The notes beneath the pieces are model-generated. The model did not search any database and was not told where the DNA came from. It was given only the letters and a program-made list of their open reading frames with translations. A DNA stretch of 64,000 bases from Nageia nagi (lineage: Eukaryota > Plantae > Pinophyta), in NCBI GenBank assembly GCA_050084985.1, contig JBITNC010000001.1:126232001-126296000 (forward strand), given 5' to 3'. Shown here piece after piece: positions 25,490 to 38,100 of the stretch; positions within the stretch are counted from its first letter, which is position 1, and every line of letters starts with the position of its first letter. The position numbers and the translations under genes were made by a program.

Positions 25490-28375
25490 ATTGTAGGACC
25501 TATCAAAGTGTATCCAAAAGTATTTAACAAATATATAGTAATCTAATTATTTTTCACAAACAAATAGGATAGTACTATGAAAACTTACTCAAAGCTATTA
25601 AACATTTTGTAAATAAGGTTAGACATTTAACCAATGGGATTACTTAGGTTTAGGGTTTTGGATTTATAGTTTAATAGTTAAGGGGTTAAATATTTTAAGG
25701 ATTTCTTAGGTTTAAGAATTCAACAGTTAAAGGTTGAATATTTTAAGGGTTTGGGGTAAAGAGTTTAAGAGTTTAAGGATTTAGGATTTAAGAGTTGAAT
25801 TGTTTAGGGGAAAGGTTTTAGAGTTTAGAGTTTAGGGTTATAGGGTTTACATTTTACTCTTTACATTTTAATGATTATAGGGCTTAAGGGTTTAAGGTTT
25901 ATGTTTTAGGTATTTAGAGTTTAGAGTTTACAAAACTTGTAGGTCCTATCAAGGTTTGGACAACAAGAATAAACATTTTACCAATAGGGTCAAACATGAT
26001 GTTAAAAGGGTTAAATAGTTTAAGGGTTACTTGGTTTTAGCAACATAAGGGTTAAGGGTTTAAGAGCTTAACAATTTATGGCTTAAGGGTTTAAGGTTAA
26101 GGTTTTAGGGGTTTAGAGTTACAGGTTTTAAGGGTTTAGGGTTTAGGTTTATTTAAGGCTTAAGGGTTTAGGGTTAGGTTCTAAGGGTTTAAGATTTAGA
26201 GTTTAGAGAACTTGAAGGTCCTATTAGGTTTTTCTAACAAGGTTAAATATTTGATCAATGGAGTCAAATATAATGTTAAAGGGGTTAAAGAGTTTAAGGG
26301 TTACTTAGGTTTAATAACTTAAGGTTAAAGAGTTTAAGATTTTATTGGTTTAGGGTTTAGGTTCTAGGAGTTTAAGGTTTTAAGGGTTTAGGGTTTAGGT
26401 TTGTTTAAGGCTTAAGAGATTAAGGTTTAGGTTTCTAGGGTTTAAATTTTAGAGTTTAGGGAACTTGTAGGTCCTCTCAAGGTTTGGTCAATGTGGTTAA
26501 ACATTTGACCAATGGGATCAAACATGACATCATTTAAGGGGTTAAAGAGTTTCAAGGTTAGGTTTAAGAACTTAAGAGTTAAGGGTTTAAGAGTTTAGCA
26601 TTTTATGTCTTAAGGATTTACAATTTAGGGTTTTAAGTGTTTAGAGTTTAGGTTTATTTAAGATTGAAGGGTTTAGGGTTTATGTTTTAAGGGTTTAGAG
26701 TTTTTAGTTTAGGGAACTTATAGCTCCTATCAAGGTTTAGCTAACATGGTTAAACATTTGAAAATTGGATTCAAACATGATGTTAAAGGGGTAAAAGAGT
26801 TTAAGGGTTACTTGGGTTTAGGAACTTAAGGGTTAAGGATTTAAGACTTTAGCATTTTATGGCTTAAGGATTTAGGGTTTAGGTTTTAAGGGTTTAGGGA
26901 ACTTGTAGATCCTATCAAGGTTTGATCAATAGGGTTAAACATTTGACCAATGGGGTCAAACATGATGTTAAAAGAGTTAAAGAGTTTAAGGGTTACTTGG
27001 GTTTAGGAACTTAAGGGTTAAGGATTTAAGAGTTTAGTGATTTAAGGCTTAAAGATTTAGGGTTTAGAATTTAGGTTTTACATGTGTATAGCTTAGAGTT
27101 TAGGGTTTTAAGGGCTTAGGGTTTAGAGCTTAGGTAACTTGTAGGTCCTATCAAGGTTTGGCCAATAGGGTTAAACATTTAACCAATGGGCTTACACATG
27201 ATGTTAAATAGGTTAAAGAGTTTAAGGATTACTTGAGTTTAGAAACTTAAGGGTTAAGGGTTTAAGAGTTTAGTGTTTAGGGCTTAAATTTAGGGTTTTA
27301 AGGGTTTAAGGTTTATGTTTTTTTAAGGCTTAAAGGTTTAGGGTTTATAGTTTAGAGAGCTTGTAGGTCCTATCAAGGTTTGTCTAATGGGGTTAAACAT
27401 TTGGCCAATGGGGTCAAATATGTTATTAAATGGGTTAAATATTTTAAGGATTACTTGGATTTAGAAACTAAAGCATTAAGAATTTAAAATTTTAGTGGTT
27501 TTGAGCTTAATGTTTTAGGGTTTAGGGTTTAGATTTTTTAAGTCTTAAGGGTTTAGGTTTTAAGGGATTAAGGTTTAGAGTTTAGGGAACTTCTAGTTCA
27601 TATCAAGGTTTGACCAATGGGGTTAAACATTTAACCAATCATATCAAACATGATGTGAAAGGGGTTAAAGATTTTAAGGGTTACTTGGGTTTAGGAACTT
27701 AAGGGTTAATGGTTGAAGAGTTTAGCAATTTAGGGCTTAAGGGTTTAGGTTTTAAGGGGTTAGGGTTTACAATTTTAAGAGTTTAAGGTTTATGTTTGTT
27801 TAAGGCTTCAAGGTTTAGGGTTTATGTTTTTAAGGGTTTAGGGTTTAGAGTTTATGGAAGTTGTAGGTCCTATAAAGGTTTGGCCAACAAGGTTAAAAAA
27901 TTGGCCAATGACATAAAACAAGATATTAAAGGGGTTAAAGAGTTTAAGAGTTAATTTTATTTAGGAAATTAATATTTAAGAGTTTAGGGCTTAAGGATTA
28001 ATAGTTTAGGGTTTACAGTTTAGGTTTGTTTAATTCTTAAGGGTTTAGGTTTTAAGGGTTTAGGGTTTAGAGTTTAGGAAACTTGTAGGTCCTATAAAGG
28101 TTTGGCCAATGGGGTTAAACATTTGACCAATGGGGTCAAACATGATGTTAAAGGGGTTAAATATTTTAACAATTACTTAAATTTAGGAACTTAAGGGTTA
28201 AATGTTTAAGAGTTTAGTGGTTTAGGGCTTAAGGTTTTATGTTTTAGGGGTGTAGGGTTTTATGGATTTAAGGTTTAGATTTATTTAAGGATTAAGGGTT
28301 TAGGGTTTTTATGTCCTATCAAGGTTTGGCTAAAGGGTCAGTTAAACAAAATTTAACCAATGGGATTAAACATGT
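25490..28375 (+). repeat. satellite array, ~11-12 units of 185-275 bp: conserved ~75-bp core plus degenerate TTTAGGG tracts
   Basis: Core CTTGTAGGTCCTATCAAGGTTTGGCCAATGGGGTTAAACATTTGACCAATGGGGTCAAACATGATGTTAAA begins at 25936, 26211, 26464, 26717, 26902, 27138, 27360, 27590, 27860, 28082 and ~28306, with degenerate copies at 25490-25640. Confidence 0.93.
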
Positions 28376-28646
28376 TATGTCTTATAAACTCTTTAATTCT
28401 CTTCAAATTAGTATAAGAATATATGTCACATATAAAATATATATATTGATTGCTTAAAGTTTAAAATTTTCCTTGAGTTTACATAATGCCACTATATATT
28501 TGTTACTTAATTTCTTAAATTTTAACTAACTATTAGCTTAATATTTTATTAACTTCCCAAAAATAACTAAACAATTGTTGTATGTTACATTTTTTTCCTT
28601 TGTAGTAAACTTTTGTGAGCCAAACATTAACCTTGGAGTATGAACT

Positions 28647-31342
28647 ATGGACACAAATCCAGATATGTCTTCAAATCCACATGTTAATGATATTGATAAT
28701 GAGAATATTAATAATTCTGATGATATAGATATTTTGTATGTATTAAATGTAATATATTAAATAATGTTCCTAGTATTATATCTATGAGATAAATAAGAAC
28801 AAATGCAAATAGAATATATGATCAAATGTTTCTTAATAAGGAGCTAGGATTTTAACATCAACTCATGTTATAATTAATGAGAATATCAAAAATGAGAAGA
28901 GTAATGAAACATTTAGGTGTTTATATGAAAAAAGAGGAACCCTTGAAATAAGTTATGTCCATTATTTCTAGTGCCATAGACTCTATTAAGAAGAAGGGTC
29001 AAGCTATATATAAGAATGTAGCATGACGAGCCATAACAATTGCTTTAGTAAATAGATCAACTGCAAATAAAAAGATTATTAGTAACCTTATTGGATATCT
29101 AAATATACATTTTAAAACTTTTTAAAGATATTTAAAAGGAAGAAAGAGTATTGAAATTGATCCAATCAACCAATTTTGGAGTTTTAGTGGTAGACTTCCT
29201 AGGTTTGGCAGGAAATGGACTAATGAGATAAAATGCATAAATGAAAAATATTGGCATGATCATACAAGGGAATCTCCTAATATTAAAGATGTTTTAAAAA
29301 TATCATCAACATAAGCATGCAAAACACTTTTTACATATGAGTCAAACTCAATTGTACAATAAATTTGTAAATGATAAAGTGTTAAGTACATTTAATATTA
29401 GCCTAAGTCAAATATAGTTTGAGAAATGCAAACCTTTGTATGTTTGGATTCACAACCAAAAGATAAAATGTTGTTGTAAAATTCATATGTGATTTAGATA
29501 TTATTATCAAGTTTTTTTGACATATATGTTGTACTTTACATATTAACAACTTCATATAGGGATGTGGTTTTAATATTGCACCTAAATCTATCAATATGTT
29601 TATAGTAGGTTTATTTTGTCAAATTCCAAATGGTGAATCATTTTATTCAAATGCATGCATTTTTTAACAATGTAGTATATGTGGTAATGTTTCTTTTTTA
29701 GGATAATGTGTGCATGAAATTAATTTATATGATTTTGGACAAACATTAGTGGATCTAAAAAAATTCAAAAATATTGAGTATGCATTAAGGAATGGAAAAA
29801 CTAGGAAGCATGTTGATCTAATCATTAAAAATGTTAGTGTACATACATTCATAGAAAATTTTAAGAGTAAATTTATTCCAAAATATGTGAAACATTCCCA
29901 ACATGCTCAATGGCTTAATAGTGAATTTTGTTAATGTAGAAACACATTTCTATATGGAACTATATTATTAGTTGTAGACTTTGCAAAAAATTATACTCTC
30001 GCACCATAAGAAAAAATTTAGTCTCAGTATTATAATTCTCAATAAGTTTCCATTTTTATTTATATCATATATAGACATGTATATGATAGTACATAATAAA
30101 CTAGAAACATTTTGAGGGAGTACCATTTTTATATGAGTGATAATTGATTACACTCATCAGAGTTTATTTGATTTTTGTTTAATATATTTTATAATAATTT
30201 GAATGAAGGAAATATTCAAATAGCACAACATTTGATATAGTTAGATAACTCTATGGGATAGTTTATTAATATATGTATGTATTATTTATTAAGTAGGATG
30301 CATAGAGAATACAATATCCAACATATATGGTCTCTTTTTTAAGCTGGACATGGTAAAGGTGAACTTAATGGAGCTAGTGCATGTGTGAAAGGAGTTCTTG
30401 CTAAATAATAACTTCAATTTTTAGATTCAATAAAATTTCAATATGCATGTGCAATTATGGATTTGTGTAATACAAATATATCTACTAGATTAAGAGAGAA
30501 TTCTACAATTTGATGATTCTTTTGGTTAGTTGAAGAAAATAAAATTACAAGTCATCATGATTGTGAGATAATTAATGGATCAATGAAATGACATTCATTT
30601 AGGAGGTCAAATGTAAACACATAGACTATTTGGATAAGGAAGCTTCCATGCTTTTGTGATTCTTATATTCTCAATAAATCATAAGCATGTGTAAATACAA
30701 AATGGGTTGAGGAATGGAAACAAAGATATTTAACACTTATTGAATCACATGATCAGTAAGAAATATTCATTGAATACAAGAATCAATTATTTATATTAAA
30801 GGTCTATGATCGAGTTTTTGACCCTGTATAAGAAGGTAATTTAATATAATTTTATTTTCTTTTCCTTTTTTTAGTTTATTTATATGAATGCTCATTTTTG
30901 TATATATATGAACTAATTTTATATGTTGCACTTCATTGATATAAATTTGATTTGTAGGATGTGTATGTTGTTATGGAACCTAAGGGGAATGAAGTAAAAT
31001 TAGAGTATTGGTTAACTCAATGTTTTAAGAGAAAATATAAGTTAACTTATCCTTGATGTGATCATGATGGAGTTGAGTATCCAATAGGTTTTATGGTGGA
31101 TTTTTGGCACATAAATAAAATAAATAATATCAAGAAGGAATGATTTGGGAGCATACAAAGATTGTGAAGTAAATAATAAAAATATTCATTATTCACATTT
31201 GATACTACCAACAAATATTAAAAATCTATATATAAAGGGAGGCCTTGTTAATAAAGTATCATGGAAGATTTTAATGCAAGAACATAAGGCAATTATGAAT
31301 GAATTACATGAAAGAGAGAATGCAAATAGTATCAAAGAATAA
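28647..31342 (+). pseudogene. Sola2-type DDD transposase, two coding exons, disrupted
   Basis: FEKCKPLYV (29418), CCCKIH (29469), VVDFAKNY (D at 29977), SQYY, MSDN.LH, I*LDNSMG*F (D at 30244), AGHGKGELNGASACVK (30349; third D appears as N), RKLPCFC (30640). GT-AG intron at 30836-30957. The start position is a guess. Confidence 0.8.
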
Positions 31343-31362
31343 AAAATACATGTAAGTTTATT

Positions 31363-31491
31363 TTCCCTTCTTCACTCCCCTTCATCCTCCACTTCCCCTT
31401 ATCCTTCAACCCTTCATATTCACTTCCCCTTTGTGTTCTACCCTTTACCCCTTCATATCCATGTCCCCTTCCCCTTCACCCCTTCACCTCA
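31363..31491 (+). repeat. C-rich CCCCTTCA-like low-complexity tract
   Basis: About a dozen degenerate CCC(C)TT(C)A units between the transposase stop and the tRNA-like sequence. Confidence 0.8.
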
Positions 31492-31564
31492 GTTGTCTTA
31501 GCTCAATTCGTAAAGTGTGTGACTTTTAACCATATTGTTGTGGGTTTGTTTCCCATAGGTAGAA
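31492..31564 (+). tRNA. tRNA-Lys(UUU) pseudogene
   Basis: GTTGTCTTAGCTCAATTCGTAAAGTGTGTGACTTTTAACCATATTGTTGTGGGTTTGTTTCCCATAGGTAGAA matches, by recall, plant cytosolic tRNA-Lys(UUU) with mostly C>T/G>A changes; anticodon TTT at 31525-31527. Confidence 0.8.
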
Positions 31565-32339
31565 TAACTTTCCTAATTATATTCAAGTAAACTTTTTTTT
31601 ATTTACTTAATTATCAAGCAAGAAAAAATTTGTATTTACTTATTCTTTTCTAGGATGTATAAAAGTTTGTCAAGATATAAATATATCAATTATGCATTTA
31701 AATAATTAAGATCCATGCTAAAATCATCAAAGCTTATTTTAGTTATCTCACAATAATTATAAACTTGTAAACTTGTTGTTTAGTAATATATATTTTAAAC
31801 TATAGTAGGTGGATTTTATTTTAGTTAAGAAGAATAAAATTTGAGTGGATTTTCCTTTAGTTACGAATAATTTACCAATAATGGGTGCATAGGTAAAAGA
31901 AATAAAATGTGATATGCTAGAGGGAATGGCATTTGATAAGGTAGCCTATATGGAATATTATGTTAACAAGGATAGGAAGTATGGAATAGATGAGTCTAAA
32001 GAGGGAACAAAGGATTTAACCACAACTTGATATTGAAGGACTAAGTGACTTGTTATTAAAAACATGTGAGGGAACCTAAGGGTATTTGAGACACATAAGG
32101 AAATGGATGAATATGAATAAATTTGATACAAAAAGGATCTTAATAGATGATTTTTAAACAAAAGTAGCTCATAGGGGAGTTGACATCATCAAATATTTTC
32201 TTACCATAATTATCAAGTATTCCTCTTGGATAGGACATTTGTGTTGCTTCTAATATGGCTTCCTATGTTTATGTTTTAACTTATTTTCTAAGAGAATCTC
32301 CTACATGATAAGATAACCAATAGATCCCAATTTAGTTTA

Positions 32340-33085
32340 TGATCAACAATTGTAAATTTATTATTATTATAGATAACATTTTTAATTATACTTATTGTTG
32401 TTATAGTTATAGATAACATGCAATTATGTGTGAGAAATTCATAGGCTTTGGTAAGTATAAAAATGTATTTACATGATTGACGTTTGTAAACTTGTTGTTA
32501 TAGATAACATTTGTAATTATACTAGTGATTATACTTACCTTTGTAATTATACTTGTTGTTGTTATAGTTATAGATAACATTTGTAATTATATTTATTGTT
32601 TAATAATATATATTACAACATTTATAAACTTGCAAACTTGTTATCTAATTATCTTGTAAACTTGTTATTTAATATTTACTTATTGTTTAGTTATTAGAAC
32701 ATTTGTAAACTTGAACATTATCTAAAAATTATTAATCCTATAATTATAATTTTGTGAAGGGATAAAGATTGTACATAAAGAGAAAGATGAAAGGGAGATA
32801 AAAATACATAACAACATTATAATCATTGTGTGAAAGATACATAATAACATAACAAAATTGTAATCATTATGTGAAAAATACATAACAACATAATAATAAC
32901 ATGTGTCCAAAGTCCATGTAGTCCATGTAATAATAGCATCTATTCCACAATAACAGTGTCCAAAACCCACTATATAACAATGTCCAAGTTCACAATATAA
33001 CAATGTCCAAAGTCCACAATAATAACATAGCAAAATCATAAAAATAATATCCAAAGTACAAAATAATGTCCAATGTCCATATACA
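32340..33085. repeat. short dispersed/tandem repeats between the two convergent transposon genes
   Basis: Recurrent TTGTTATAGATAACATTTGTAA-like units (32340-32720) and ATAACAATGTCCAAAG-like units (32890-33080). Confidence 0.7.
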
Positions 33086-33149
33086 TATTTCATGATCTAC
33101 AACTATCATACAAAACTAAGAATTGCAAAATTAATCCTAGATCTATCTA

Positions 33150-35124
33150 TTTAGGACTAGATATGTCTCCATCATTGATCCTCCTCTTCTTTTCAACTAA
33201 CGTAGATGCCCTATGATGTATAACACAAATAAACATAATTTAGTGTATATTATCATTTATATTTGTAATTATTTTAAATATTTAATAAATTAAATTTAAT
33301 TTATCTATAAGTTTTAAAAATACATATAAATATTACCATATCATGCTGCTAAGATCCTCCCTCAATAACTATATCATGTTGTGCAAATGATGTATTAATC
33401 TCATCAATATGAAATGCATGAGAAATAGCATCTTAAAAGATAAAATAAAGAACAATTGAATAAAATAAAAGGTTTTTAAATAAATATAGATTTTTAAGGC
33501 CTACAAATTGCATACATATGCATTAATATGAATGTATAAAATTACCTAAAATAAAGTAGAAATATGAATGAAAAATTGTGGAGTGGTGGATGCTAAATGT
33601 TGAGCCATTGGCATGCCCTCTTATCAATTGAATATGGCCATTTTAGGATGAACATCTACCTAGAATATGAATTTCATTTTTTAGCATACACATTCAAATT
33701 CACATATTATCTAACAAAATTAACATGGAATTATTTATGACCTATAAATTGCATAATATATGTAATAATGAATTTTAAAAAATGAAATAAACATCTACAT
33801 GACAACTTGTGGAGTGGTAAATACTGAAGGCCTAGCCATCGAGATGCCCTCTCATCGGTTGAATGTGGTCATCTCAGAATGGACATATACCTAGAATAGA
33901 AAAATATTTTTCAGCATACACATGTGCATATTCATATGTGAATAATATCTAACAAAATTAACATGGAAAATGTTAAACTTGGTATATTTATTTACCTCAT
34001 AATGTGTGCCAATAGATCTAGGATTCAGTGTCATAAAAGCTCTATGAAATGCACCTAAAGTGGAGGCTCCCATTGTCTATGATAAAAATATAAACACACT
34101 AATTCAAATTAAATTATAAGTACACATTACATACATTAAACGTACAAAAAATATGTAAAATATACCTCTCTCCTAGGAAGGTTGACATAGTCCATTGACA
34201 TTATCTTTGTACAAGATATCTTGTGATCAATTGAAGAGTAGCCAACACATATACTACTATAACTTTAGCAAAAATAAGATGCAAGTACACTAATTCTAGC
34301 ATTATTTCTAGGCTCACTGATATTAGCTACCAGATGGGTAGCTTGTTTAGTGCGAGTTTGGGTCACCTGAATCAATGATTCCAATGCCAAAATAACTACA
34401 TGATGAAAAGCTAGGGTAGGAATAGGAGAAGGAGGAGAGATGAGTGGTGTAGGATACATGGGTCAACCTATATTAACCCATTCCTTAGGTCTATTTTTCC
34501 ATGTGCCATGACTAATACCTTGATTATGCCTCATGTCAAAATAATTGACATATTTTCTTAACACACACTCAACATATATTTTCTTAAAAAAATATAGAGG
34601 GACATCAAAATTGGAATGTGGTGGTTTATCACACATTATCCACCATCAATCCTAAAACGTTTTAGCTATCATATGATGGGTGCACAAATCATAAGGAATT
34701 ATTTCTTTATTATATGGGATGGGTTTCCAGTAGATGGATTAATGAAGTTTGGAGCAAGGGTCTCTTTAAGAATACCTAAATTATTTACCTCTCAAGTGGA
34801 GAGACCATCTAAATAATGCCCTCTCATGAAGTCTCTCCATGCCTCGAAACCATACATATCCCCATCAAAACTCCTAATAGTATCAACTTAAGTTTGCATC
34901 AAATACGTAAACTATATAACATGGATTGGGGAATTACAAATACTCTAAATGTGATGCATTTTTTCTTTTAATTGATTAATATCATGAGCAATAGCATCTC
35001 ATAACTATTGTTCATCTACAACTATAGGTGGGGGTAGAGGGGGTGAATTTTGGGGGATTTTTTGGTTAAGTTTATCTAATGTCTCATATATACCATGATA
35101 AAATTCATGAGATGACTCATCCAT
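33150..35124 (-). pseudogene. spliced second gene of the Sola2-like element, unknown family
   Basis: Long degraded frame from ATG 35124 (MDESSHEFY..PPLPPP..GFEAWRDFMRGHY..WWIMCDKPPHSNFDVPLYFFKKIYVECVL..PTPLISPPSPIP). GT-AG introns at 34165-34077 and 33995-33891, with further small exons downstream. Confidence 0.6.
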
Positions 35125-38100
35125 GATTATAAAAAGGCACTTGTAAACATTTGAAATAACATAAAAATAGAAATAAATTGAATTTAAATTGGATAATAAT
35201 AGAACAAATTGCATTACTTATAAATTGGATATCACATGTTTGACTAAAAAACTATCATATAACAACATTCCATACATATTTATCCATTACCAAGGTCCTC
35301 ATTTTAATGTTCTAATATTTATAGTCAACTTCATCAACCTCAATGATCTGAAAAGAATTAATGTTGTTGGACATTACATAAAAATAATAATAAACCTATA
35401 GAAGAACTCAAAAAATAATTTAAAAATTTATGAACAAGTCTACACATGTGAATCTAACCTTCCAACTAAAAAAATACCTGATATCAAATAAATATTATAA
35501 ATCGAATAATAGAATACTAAATCATAATACATAACTATGATAAAACATACATGAGATTAAAGTAGTGTATAATAGAATGAATTAGTTATACCAAATCTAC
35601 CCAAATATGGATAAATATTGTTGGAATCTATACAAAGAAAGCTTCCTAATAAGATTACATGCATAAGAAAAAGAGTTATAAATTTCATAATATGTAAGCT
35701 CTAAAAATTATCATCTTTCTTTATTAGAAAAAACTAAAATGTACAACAAAAAATAACATGGGTAACTTGGATCAAAAATTGGTTTCTTTATCTTAATCAA
35801 ATTCAAATTTGAATAAACTACATGAAATATATAAGATTACATGTTAAACACATCAAATATTGTATTCTCCTATAGTTACATTGTAATGAATGTCTTACAC
35901 ATTGTCATTATTTCATTAGAAAATTATATAAATTGGGAAAACTATATTATAATGTACAAAAATAGTTACAAGAAGCTAAACATGCCTAAGATGATGATAT
36001 GAGATGTCATATATATGTTACAAATGTGCATAAAGGTTCTTTAACAACTTCACTTTCCAATAACTTTTCATAGTCATCTATAAGAGTGGAGGTTTTTTTG
36101 TATTCCTTATTTTGCTTACCATATGCAATTAACTATGCTAGAGATATACAACGTTACTTATAATTATCATTTCTAAAAAGAATACTCATATTGGAGTGAA
36201 TGATTATTTGGTATTTCATCTTGAATATGTTTTTTATTTTAAACTAATAGATATATGATTATTTACTTAGGTAGTAATTATATTAGTCATCATATACCTT
36301 AGTATACCTCTTTTCAACTTTTCCTAATGTGAAAAATATTTTTAGGAAAACTATCCTAACCACATGAATAATGAGCCACATTGAGCTCAAATTAAGTCCA
36401 TACTAAAGTATATCATGATGATTGAGAGCATGGAGATATTTGTGATCTAAATTGGTCATGTTGATCAAGATAGATGAGAGATTTAGAATGGCTACATAGA
36501 GTAGGATTTATCCCTAAAGGAATAATCTAGTGGAAAATTACTCATAATACATGTAATGTTACCCAAATGGTTAATTAATATCTATAGTTGTTTAATATCT
36601 ATAGCCACCTTATTACTTTAAACTAATATCTAGAGAAGGACATTATATAAAATAGAAACCTTGTTAGAAATATTATAATAAATAGGAGTACAAGAAGAAA
36701 AAAAGTTTCTCATTCCTTGATTTTCAAATATTAAAAGTATGCCAATGTAGAACAAATTTCACTCCTCTATAAATGAGTATGGGAATCCTTAAGTATCTAA
36801 AAGGAGGCTTTGTGACTATGGGAACTAATTAAGAAAGAAATATTGAAAATAGACTAATGCTAGTAATTATAAGCTCCCATACAACTTCAAAGTAGATGTT
36901 TAACATCCTTAGGAGCATGAAAAAAGGGATATAAGTGATTTTAAATATCCATGTGTTTAATATGGTTACCTAAGGGTACACTATGAGTGAAAAGGATCCA
37001 TGGAGAAAATGGTTTTTTTTGGTTGTAAGTAGGTATCCTTAAACCAATCATGAAAGCCATTGCTCGAAAATCCACCCAAAATTTCCCTTAGTTTCCTAGA
37101 TTTGCCTAACTACCCTTAGTTGCCTCTTAATTTCCCATTATTACTACCCTTCATTATCTCTTAGTTTCCCATAACATTGATCCTATATATAGGATCAATT
37201 TTGGACTCTTTATAACTCGTTTAGATCCATTAGTAATCCACCATGCCATCCAAATTACCATACTTACATTTTTCTAATCTATGATCTATTTATACTAATT
37301 ATATACAAGTTATCATAATGTTTCCTATTAATATTAAGTCATGTATAATTATCATGATATTTGAATATTATATTATTCTCCTATCACCTAGTCATTGTTA
37401 TAGCATCTTATCAAAAAATATGTTTACTTTTAAAGGTTTAAAATAATTATTTGATATACCAATTAGTTGCCACATGTAGTTGATACACCTATTCACTGTT
37501 ATAGCATCTTATCAAAGAATATGTTTACTTTTAATGGTTTAAAACAAGTAGTTTATATACCAATTTTTTAATCTTTTTGTTGCTTCAAACTTGAAATGTG
37601 TTGTTTGGTTACAAAATCTAAATAGAGGCCTTCTAGGTTAGATTTATGACCTAAATACTACCCTCCCATTATTATTCATTTCTTGATAGGGAACCTCATC
37701 CCCTCAGTTGGGTTTCAATTTTATTTATCTCATATTTATCCTAAAAGGTGACATTTATGTTAGTAGATAAAGGCCTTCTAGGTTAGGTTTTTCATTTTTA
37801 TTTATATCATATGATTATAATTTTGTGAAGGATAAAGATTATATAGAGAGTAAAATATGAAGGGGAGATGAAAATACATAACAACATTATAATTATTATA
37901 TTGAAAAAAGTGTCAAACCTGAAGGAGAACTACGAACTTAGCTTGGAGTTGAATTTACTTCAAAATAGGATGAAGTGTGATCTAATAATTTATTAAAAAA
38001 TTAGATATTGATCTTAGTTTTATCTTTGAATTCTTCTAAAATTTATTTTGGGGTATATTTTATATTGAAAATGATGATCTCCATACTAAATATTCTTAAG

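Noticed and set aside
25490-28375. CRISPR-like array (conserved palindromic repeat with variable spacers)
   Set aside because: The spacers are homologous telomere-like tracts, not unique sequences; the units are too long; there are no cas genes; the context is eukaryotic.
25490-28375. True telomere or chromosome-fusion scar
   Set aside because: No long perfect TTTAGGG run and no head-to-head junction; the array is periodic and lies inside TIRs.
31363-31564. Telomerase-RNA-like gene (C-rich tract beside a Pol III element)
   Set aside because: The tract is upstream of the tRNA boxes, is not a CCCTAAA template, and I see no USE/TATA type-3 promoter.
32722-33093. 123-aa Cys/Tyr-rich ORF
   Set aside because: Product of low-complexity short repeats, probably the 3' UTR of the second gene.
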